Source: Verrucomicrobiota bacterium (GTDB lineage Bacteria > Verrucomicrobiota > Verrucomicrobiia > Chthoniobacterales > UBA10450). From it: a stretch of DNA of 64,000 nt. Location of the stretch: positions 24,597-88,596 of the forward strand of contig QHNH01000010.1 of NCBI GenBank assembly GCA_003218375.1. Reading direction: 5' to 3'. Both the position numbers and the translations under genes were made by a program. Below are positions 57,366 through 64,000 of the stretch, piece after piece. Position 1 is the stretch's first letter; each line of letters starts with the position of its first letter. The notes under the pieces are model-generated. The model was not told the origin of the DNA, ran no database searches, and saw only the letters and a program-made list of their open reading frames with translations.

Positions 57366-58502
57366 TCACTTCAACGCCTGTTCCAGCACGTCGGCCAGGC
57401 GCCAGCCGGCCTTATGCAATTGGTCGCGGACGACGCGGCCAGACCAATCGTAGTAGGACATGCCGTCGGCCGATTTCTTCTCCTCGAGAAATCCAGCGGC
57501 CACGACCGAGCCGTCCTCCATTCGTTTCGCGGCGATGTCTTTGAACTGGAGACGTTCGTGCGCTTCCCGCGCGAGCGGCAGGATTTCGTTCGCCCAAGCT
57601 TCGGCGTAATCCTTCAAGGCAACGCCCGAACCAAGGCGCCAGTTTTTGGGTTCGCGCGCAACGAATTCACGGACCAGCTCCGTCTTTGCAGCATCGGTTT
57701 TGACGCGTCGTTCTTCCTTCGGCATTGTTTCCGGCAACGCCGGCAAATTCGCCGCCACCGTCTCGCTGTCCCAAAAATAATGAAATTTTGCGTGGCGGGT
57801 GGCTTCGGTTCCGCCGCTGGCCAGATTCAACGTCAGAGTGTTTCCGCCCTGGTCCTCGAGGCTCTCGGCCGTCTTGCCCGGGTTAATGGGGCGACCCTCC
57901 TTATCGAAAAACTCCGCGCCGACATGGAGCGGCTGGTGAATATCGCCCACAAAATGAGCCAGGAGAATCACCGCGATCGGCTTCGTGATCTTGCGCGGGT
58001 TATCTTCCGGCACCTCGTCTTTCAGGACCGCGATGCAGTAGGGGATCATGTGGACGATGTCCCATTTCGAGCGGCCGACTTTTCCATCCCCATACTTTTC
58101 CCCACCGACAATCGGGACGTCGGTGTAATGAAACCAATGATGCGAGGGCGTGAGAGAGTTCAGGTCTTTGGTGGGCGGATTCGCGTGCCAGTAATCACGC
58201 AGCTGGGCATCGATGCGCGGATGGGCGGAGTAATGGAAAATGCCCGGATCGTCCGGGCCGGTTTTGTCCCAACCCCTGATCTCATCTGGAATCACGGAGA
58301 CTTTTTCCAAGGTCATCCCGTCAAGCAGGGCCGCGACCTTTTTGCCGGTCTCGCTCCCGGCGAGTTTATCATCCGCCACCGCGCCGACGATTTGGTGGCC
58401 GATGGGGCCGTAGGCCAGCGCCAGGTTCACCCAAACAAGGGCCGCAAATAAAATACCGAGACGGACGAAAGAACGAGCGCAAACGGTTGAGGGAAAACTC
58501 AT
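57366..58502 (-). CDS. S1/P1-family nuclease (secreted)
   Basis: Signal peptide. Contains YGPIGHQIVG, HWFHYTDVP and HFVGDIHQPLH. Confidence 0.7.
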   Translation of the reverse strand: MSFPSTVCARSFVRLGILFAALVWVNLALAYGPIGHQIVGAVADDKLAGSETGKKVAALLDGMTLEKVSVIPDEIRGWDKTGPDDPGIFHYSAHPRIDAQLRDYWHANPPTKDLNSLTPSHHWFHYTDVPIVGGEKYGDGKVGRSKWDIVHMIPYCIAVLKDEVPEDNPRKITKPIAVILLAHFVGDIHQPLHVGAEFFDKEGRPINPGKTAESLEDQGGNTLTLNLASGGTEATRHAKFHYFWDSETVAANLPALPETMPKEERRVKTDAAKTELVREFVAREPKNWRLGSGVALKDYAEAWANEILPLAREAHERLQFKDIAAKRMEDGSVVAAGFLEEKKSADGMSYYDWSGRVVRDQLHKAGWRLADVLEQALK

Positions 58503-58506
58503 AGCT

Positions 58507-60705
58507 TTATTTCTCCTGTAACAGGGCGGTCCGATTGACGCGTTCGCCCTTCATGAACACAGCCGACACCGAAGAAAGCGCCCGGACATCCTGGAGCGGG
58601 TTGCCGTCCACGATCAGCAGCGTCGCCTCTTTGCCCTTTTCCACCGTCCCCATGCGCGAATCGGCTCGCAGCAGCTTCGCGCTGTTCAAAGTCGCCGCCT
58701 GCAGAGCGACCTCCACCGGAATGCCGGCGGCAACCCAGAGCTCGACTTCGCGTTGCACCGTCGGCCCGTGCAGGACGAGAAAATTTCCGGCGTCCGAGCC
58801 CGTCACGAGCGGCACCCCGGCGCGCCATGCTTTCAACAGGTTCTTGCTCCCGATATCGAGCGACATCGGATAATGCTTCAAGCCTTCGCGCATGCCATCG
58901 AGCTCGTGCTTTGAAGCCGACCTTTCTGTTCCATCCAGCAGCTCCTTCTGCGTCACCTGTTGAACCAGCGAGCGCTTGAGGAGGCTCATGTCGCCCCGCG
59001 CGAAGCTGGTGAAACCTTCCACGACGGACAGCGTCGGGTCGTAGGCGATTCCTTTTGCTTTCATCTCGGCAATGGTCGCATCGGAGATTTCGTCCGCAAA
59101 AGAACCGTGCTCGACCGAGTCCGTCGGGAGCGAAACCGCATCGACCACGTCCTGCGCGTTCCCAGTATGGACCGCCACCGGCAGATTCTTCGCGTGCGCC
59201 TCTTCCGTCACTGCGCGCAGAATGTTCACGTCCATCCGATTGAACGAATAACCCGGCGCGCCCGCCTCGAGGACGCCCTTGATCGCATCGATGCGTTGCG
59301 AAGCGAGCGCATCCACCTGCTTGCGCGCTTCCTCGGCCGATTTCGGCGTCCGGACGAACTGCGCGATGAACGCGGGCCGCAAAGGTTCCGGCAAGAACTT
59401 CCCGTACTCGGTGCCGTGTCCGCCTTCCGCGGTGAAGAGCGGGCCGCAAAGGAACAATTCCGTCCCGAGTTTTTCGCCGCTGCCGAAAAGCTTGCGAACC
59501 TTGAGCATATCGTCGACGGCGTCGCCGGCACTCCGCACTGAAGTGACACCGCAGAAAAGGTAGGCCCTCATTTCCCGCTCGATCGCCTTCTTCGCATCGA
59601 ACTTCGTCCAGTCCTCGATGAAACCGCCGGTCGCGCCCAAATGCACGTGCACATCGATCAGGCCGGGCAGGACCGTTTTACCCGCGGCTTCGAACACATC
59701 GGCCTTCAGCGTTTTCGCATCCGGTGCGTTGCCTTCGTAAATCTCGGCGATCTTTCCGCCTTTGATCAGGATCGAAGCGGATTCGATCACTTTGCCGTTC
59801 CCGACGAAAACGCGGGCGTTCTGGATTAGCAGCGTCTTTCCGCGCTCCATGTCGCGGGCAAGGATCTTCGCCTTCGCCAGATCCTGCCGGCTCCAGGATT
59901 GATAGATGCCGAGGATGAGAAAGGGCGCGAGCGCAGCCAGCACCCAGAGTTTGGCCGAATTGCGCAGCTTCTCTTCCTTTTCCCAGCGAAAAAGCTTGGT
60001 CGCGATGAACAGGCCGACCACTGCTGTTACCAAAAGCGCAATGACAGCCTGCCAATTGTGCAGGACCGATTCGGCATGCTGAAGTATACCGGCGATCCCG
60101 ATCATGAGGTAAGTCGCGGGAATGAACTGCGTCACGATTTGAAGCCAGTCAGGGAAGAAACTAAGCGGAAAAGTCGCGCCGCTCAGAAACAGCATCGCCA
60201 TGTAAAGAGGCTGGATAAGGATCAAGCTTTCCTGCGATGAATTTACGACCGCGGCGATGATCAAGCCCATCGCGCGAAAGGCGACGCAGGCGATGATCGC
60301 AAAGAGAAAGAGGGAGCCTAGATTCGAGGGGATCGCCATCCCGAAAAGGCGGTTCGCCAGGATTAGGGTCAAGATCAAACCTGGCAAGTAAAGGATTACG
60401 CCGGTGACCATCGACGCCGCCAGCAACGGCACCGGCGTGATCGGCGTCACCTTGTAACGGCGCAGGACATCGGTCTCGCGGTCCTGCACCGCGCGCATCC
60501 CGGCGCCGAACAAGCCGTTCCCGAGAATGCCGATAACCGTGACCATCGTGATGACGTGGATGATTCGCGACCCCTGTTCGGCATTCATCGAATAGCCGAA
60601 GACGAAGAAGAAGATGAGCGGGAAGAAGTAGTTGAAGAACAGGACCGAGCGATTTCGCAACGCGAGCTTCAGGTCGATCCGGGCCAGGGCGAGAAACGCT
60701 TTCAT
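58507..60705 (-). CDS. Fusion protein: ABC-2-type permease (N-terminal part) plus amidohydrolase-superfamily domain (C-terminal part)
   Basis: The N-terminal ~260 aa form a six-TM ABC-2 permease, followed by an extra TM segment. The C-terminal part has VLPGLIDVHVHLG and other amidohydrolase-like stretches. Confidence 0.7.
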   Translation of the reverse strand: MKAFLALARIDLKLALRNRSVLFFNYFFPLIFFFVFGYSMNAEQGSRIIHVITMVTVIGILGNGLFGAGMRAVQDRETDVLRRYKVTPITPVPLLAASMVTGVILYLPGLILTLILANRLFGMAIPSNLGSLFLFAIIACVAFRAMGLIIAAVVNSSQESLILIQPLYMAMLFLSGATFPLSFFPDWLQIVTQFIPATYLMIGIAGILQHAESVLHNWQAVIALLVTAVVGLFIATKLFRWEKEEKLRNSAKLWVLAALAPFLILGIYQSWSRQDLAKAKILARDMERGKTLLIQNARVFVGNGKVIESASILIKGGKIAEIYEGNAPDAKTLKADVFEAAGKTVLPGLIDVHVHLGATGGFIEDWTKFDAKKAIEREMRAYLFCGVTSVRSAGDAVDDMLKVRKLFGSGEKLGTELFLCGPLFTAEGGHGTEYGKFLPEPLRPAFIAQFVRTPKSAEEARKQVDALASQRIDAIKGVLEAGAPGYSFNRMDVNILRAVTEEAHAKNLPVAVHTGNAQDVVDAVSLPTDSVEHGSFADEISDATIAEMKAKGIAYDPTLSVVEGFTSFARGDMSLLKRSLVQQVTQKELLDGTERSASKHELDGMREGLKHYPMSLDIGSKNLLKAWRAGVPLVTGSDAGNFLVLHGPTVQREVELWVAAGIPVEVALQAATLNSAKLLRADSRMGTVEKGKEATLLIVDGNPLQDVRALSSVSAVFMKGERVNRTALLQEK

Positions 60706-60725
60706 CGCATTACTCGGTCGGTCTT

Positions 60726-60809
60726 CTGTAGCCGTCGCCCTGTGGGCGACGCGAGATTACGTGTTGCCACAGCGTTCTCTCGGCGCTTCGCATAGCGAAG
60801 CGGCTACAG
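60726..60809. repeat. REP-like palindromic element, family B (B6, opposite orientation)
   Basis: CTGTAGCCGTCGCCCTGTGGGCGACG...CGCTTCGCATAGCGAAGCGGCTACAG. Confidence 0.85.
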
Positions 60810-60855
60810 AAGATGCAGCTCAGCGTCAGGGTCGTCATTTGGCGCGCGTGATTCA

Positions 60856-61803
60856 TCAATCCCGGAGCTTCTTTCCCGTTAGTTCAATGAAGACGTCTTC
60901 GAGCGTGGGACGCTTGAGATGCACGTCCTCCAACTCGATCCGCTGGGCGTCGATCCACTTCACCATTTCCACTAACGTGCGGGCCGAATGCTCGGAGGTT
61001 ACTTTGATCTGCCTGCCGTCCTCACTCAATGTGCTGCGGACGGCGTGCGGCCATGTCGGCAGCTCGCCGCTCCACGGTTGCGCGAGCGCGATTTCGATCG
61101 CGGCCTGGTTGGCGCTTTTCGCCTGCAGTTCGCGCGGCGTGCCGCTGGCGATGATCTCGCCGGAATCGATGATCGCCACGCGGTCGCAGAGCCGCTCCGC
61201 TTCCTCGATGTAATGCGTCGTCATCACGATCGTCCGCTTCTCGGCCTTCAGCTCCTCGATCAAATCACGAATCTCGAGCCGGACCTGCGGATCGAGACCA
61301 GTCGTGGGCTCGTCGAGAAAGAGCAGCTGCGGATCGTTGATCAACGCGAGCGCAATCGCGAGGCGCTGTTTCTGTCCGCCGGAAAGCGTGGCGTAACCGG
61401 CATCTTTTTTTTCCCAGAGCTGCAAACGTTTCAGCAACGCGTCGCCGTCGATGTTGCGGGTGTAGAAAGCGCCGAAGAGCTGGAGCGCTTCGTGCACCGT
61501 GATCTTATCGGGAAGGTTCGTGGCTTGCAGGCAAACGCCGATCCGGTCCTTGAGCCGTTGTTTCTGCCGATCGGGATCGAAGTCGAGGACCTTCACATCG
61601 CCCGCCGTCCGTGCTCGCAAACCTTCGAGAATCTCGACCGTGGTCGTCTTGCCGGCGCCGTTCGGGCCGAGCAAGCCGAAAACTTCCCCCGGCCGCACTT
61701 CGAAGTCGATCCCTTTGACCGCCTCGAAATTGCCGTAGGATTTGCGCAGCCCGCGCACGTAGATGGCGAATTCGTGGTCAGTGGCCATTGCGATGGGCAA
61801 CAC
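60856..61803 (-). CDS. ABC transporter ATP-binding protein (ABC-2/DrrA-like)
   Basis: GPNGAGKTT, LSGGQKQRL and LFLDEPTTGLD. Confidence 0.9.
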   Translation of the reverse strand: MLPIAMATDHEFAIYVRGLRKSYGNFEAVKGIDFEVRPGEVFGLLGPNGAGKTTTVEILEGLRARTAGDVKVLDFDPDRQKQRLKDRIGVCLQATNLPDKITVHEALQLFGAFYTRNIDGDALLKRLQLWEKKDAGYATLSGGQKQRLAIALALINDPQLLFLDEPTTGLDPQVRLEIRDLIEELKAEKRTIVMTTHYIEEAERLCDRVAIIDSGEIIASGTPRELQAKSANQAAIEIALAQPWSGELPTWPHAVRSTLSEDGRQIKVTSEHSARTLVEMVKWIDAQRIELEDVHLKRPTLEDVFIELTGKKLRD

Positions 61804-61828
61804 GAATAGCGAAGGGCGACCCTGCGCG

Positions 61829-63568
61829 CTACAACTTTCGCCGCCGCGCGAACGACCGCACTGCGAGAACCAGGAACGTCAAAATCGTGATCGCGAGACA
61901 GGTGTGCGCGAGCAGCTCGCCATGCTGCACGTAAAACGTCGGCTCGGGATTCGCCGCAATCGCGACCCGGCCGGTCAGGGTGCCTTGCGTGAACGTGCTT
62001 CCGTTTTCGTCGACGAGCATTTGGGTGACGTTCCCGAATTCGTTGATGAAACAAGTCACGCCGGTGTTGGCCGCGCGCACCATCGGCAGGCGCGTCTCGA
62101 CACAGCGAAAAACCGCGTTCGCCAAATGTTGCCGCGAACCCGCCGAGCGCAGGAACCAGCCGTCGTTCGTGACGTTCACGAGAAGGTTCGCGCCGGCCAA
62201 GACAAATTGCCGTGTGAGATCGCCGATCGTGTCTTCGAAACAAATCAACGGGGCGACCCTCGCCTTGTCGTTCGTCAGTTTGAAAATCGTGTATTCCCTG
62301 CCGAAGGCGAAATCGTCCGGCACCTGGTCGCCGACCACGCGGGCGAGCAGGGGAATGGTGTGGCGGCCGGGGACATATTCGCCGAACGGCACGAGGTGGA
62401 CTTTGCGATAAATCTGCAAGTGCCTGCCGGCGTCCGCGACCAGCATCGCGGCGTTGTAAGCGTGAGTCTCATCCTGGTCGATCGTGCCCAGGAGCAGATC
62501 GGTTTTCGCGGACGCGGAAAAATCCATGACGAATTTGTGACTCAGCTCATCGCCAAGGACCGGGCCCGGCATCGAGCTTTCCGGCCAGACGAGCAGATCC
62601 GCGCGCGCGTTTCCTTCCACCGAAGGACGACTGAGCCGCGTGAACAGATCGAAAGTCTTCGTCGCATACTCGACCGTGAATTTTTCTTCGCGCGGGATGT
62701 TGGGCTGGACCAGGGCGACATTCAACGGCCTGGTCTCGCGGCGAACGTTCAGGGAATGAATCCCGAATCCCATCAAGCCCACGATGCCAGCCATGGTCAG
62801 GGTGAGATCGAAATGCGGGCGCATCGGCTTGACCTGCGCCTCGAGAATGAAGCGCCGCACCGTGGCCAGAAGAATGACGTTCGTGAAAACCACCATGAAC
62901 GACAGGCCCGCGACACCGGTAAACTCAGCGATCTGAATCACCACCAGTTGGCGGTGCAAAGCCGAGCCCAGCGTGTTCCAACCCCAACCGGAAAAGACGA
63001 TGCTGCGCAGAAACTCGTGCGCGACCCATGCCGCCGCGAGAAGGAACGCGAGCCGAAGATTGTTTACGGAGCTTAGCCACGGTGATCGGCGCGCAGGCGA
63101 ATCCAGCGATATCTCGGACCCGGTGGTCGCTGCTATCTCAGGAAGCAAACCGTGTTCGGCCGCATATTTTTCATTGAGCCGCCGCGAGACGGCATCCAAT
63201 CCCTCGATCGGTTTTTCGCGCACTTTTCGCAGCCCGGGCCGGAGCAAGCCGCACAACCAACTCCAGGCCGCGAAGTAGAGCGCCATGTAGGCGCCGACCA
63301 AAATCCAGCCAGGGACCGTGACGGTGTGCAGCCACGAAAACACCACCCAGAAAAATGCGAGGCCTGCGACGTAGCCCAGCAGAATGTCGCGGGCCCAGCG
63401 CCGCTTCGGTTCTCCGCCGGAAAACCAAATCGCCGCCAGGAGTGGCGTCAGCGCGATCCAGCAAAGCCACTCATAATTAAATGGCGCGAAGCAACCGGCG
63501 GCGAGCAGGCCCGTCGCGATGGCTGCGAGCCAGGGCCAAAGCCGCAGCACTTTGCTCGCGCGCGCCAC
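61829..63568 (-). CDS. lnt: Apolipoprotein N-acyltransferase
   Basis: Polytopic N-terminal part plus a CN-hydrolase domain (VWPES, LVPFGEYVP, LICFED). Confidence 0.8.
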   Translation of the reverse strand: MARASKVLRLWPWLAAIATGLLAAGCFAPFNYEWLCWIALTPLLAAIWFSGGEPKRRWARDILLGYVAGLAFFWVVFSWLHTVTVPGWILVGAYMALYFAAWSWLCGLLRPGLRKVREKPIEGLDAVSRRLNEKYAAEHGLLPEIAATTGSEISLDSPARRSPWLSSVNNLRLAFLLAAAWVAHEFLRSIVFSGWGWNTLGSALHRQLVVIQIAEFTGVAGLSFMVVFTNVILLATVRRFILEAQVKPMRPHFDLTLTMAGIVGLMGFGIHSLNVRRETRPLNVALVQPNIPREEKFTVEYATKTFDLFTRLSRPSVEGNARADLLVWPESSMPGPVLGDELSHKFVMDFSASAKTDLLLGTIDQDETHAYNAAMLVADAGRHLQIYRKVHLVPFGEYVPGRHTIPLLARVVGDQVPDDFAFGREYTIFKLTNDKARVAPLICFEDTIGDLTRQFVLAGANLLVNVTNDGWFLRSAGSRQHLANAVFRCVETRLPMVRAANTGVTCFINEFGNVTQMLVDENGSTFTQGTLTGRVAIAANPEPTFYVQHGELLAHTCLAITILTFLVLAVRSFARRRKL

Positions 63569-63573
63569 TCGTC

Positions 63574-63888
63574 TTAGCGGCGCCGCAACCGTTCGGCCCG
63601 TTCGCGCTCGCGTTTCCGGCTCGGATTCACCGCCTCCTGCAAATCTTTCGAGTGGGCCGGATTCACTCGGAAAAACGCCTTCTCGACGTCTTCCATCAAC
63701 CGAATGTTGACCTTGTTCGAAATGACATAGCCCTGGTCGATCAATCCGCAGAGCGTGTCGAGAAACTCGCCCTTCTCCATTTCCTCGATCCGATCGACCA
63801 GCAATTTCCCGAAAAGCGGCGAGCCGGAGAGCCCGATCTTTTTCAGGATGGTGATTTCACCGCCGTCGAGCTTGATTTCGCGACCCAT
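63574..63888 (-). CDS. Hypothetical protein
   Basis: ORF immediately upstream of lnt. Basic C-terminal tail. Confidence 0.5.
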   Translation of the reverse strand: MGREIKLDGGEITILKKIGLSGSPLFGKLLVDRIEEMEKGEFLDTLCGLIDQGYVISNKVNIRLMEDVEKAFFRVNPAHSKDLQEAVNPSRKRERERAERLRRR

Positions 63889-63926
63889 GAGAAAACTTTC
63901 CTTTGCTTCGGCTGGATGTCGAGACT

Positions 63927-64000
63927 TTATGCCGCGGCACGGGCCGTCGCGTCATCCCGCAGCCACTGCCAAAGCTTCTGCAAGCGAACGTCCACTTCGC
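63927..64000 (-). CDS. 3' end of a gene truncated by the window edge
   Basis: The reverse strand reads ...EVDVRLQKLWQWLRDDATARAAA followed by a stop (TAA at 63927-63929). Confidence 0.3.
   Translation of the reverse strand, partial: EVDVRLQKLWQWLRDDATARAAA

Overview
GC-rich bacterial chromosomal segment. Taxon was not determined; the gene content and repeat style look like a soil Verrucomicrobiota/Planctomycetota-type genome, but that is only an impression. I support about 65 protein-coding genes. Housekeeping genes include metH, ffh-rpsP-KH-trmD, clpB and lnt. There are several transporters (a NitT/TauT-type ABC system, an ABC-2 system, two MFS, one APC permease), cell-wall enzymes, and many small secreted or membrane hypotheticals. 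RNA genes are four tRNAs (Asn-GTT, initiator Met-CAT, Glu-CTC, Pro-TGG) plus a split tRNA-like remnant. One IS110-family element has a frameshifted transposase. Three genes look decayed: a radical SAM paralogue, an HXXEE paralogue and the IS110 transposase. The most striking property is a dense population of nested-hairpin REP/REPIN-like palindromic elements. They fall into at least six sequence families (called A-G here), and nearly all abut stop codons. Headline observation: the metH ORF is 1492 codons because two family-A elements sit in frame in two of its interdomain linkers. One of these carries an intact-looking REP-associated tyrosine transposase (RAYT) in the same frame as MetH. Other items worth a second look are a GIY-YIG ORF plus tRNA-Pro bracketed by a 27-bp duplication of a disrupted tRNA-like gene, a candidate IS110 bridge-RNA region, two heptanucleotide tandem repeats (one inside trmD), an ABC-2 permease::amidohydrolase fusion next to an S1/P1 nuclease, and a decaying segmental duplication. 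Many long ORFs in the track are antisense artefacts of high GC content. All family assignments come from motifs I read by eye. No searches were run.
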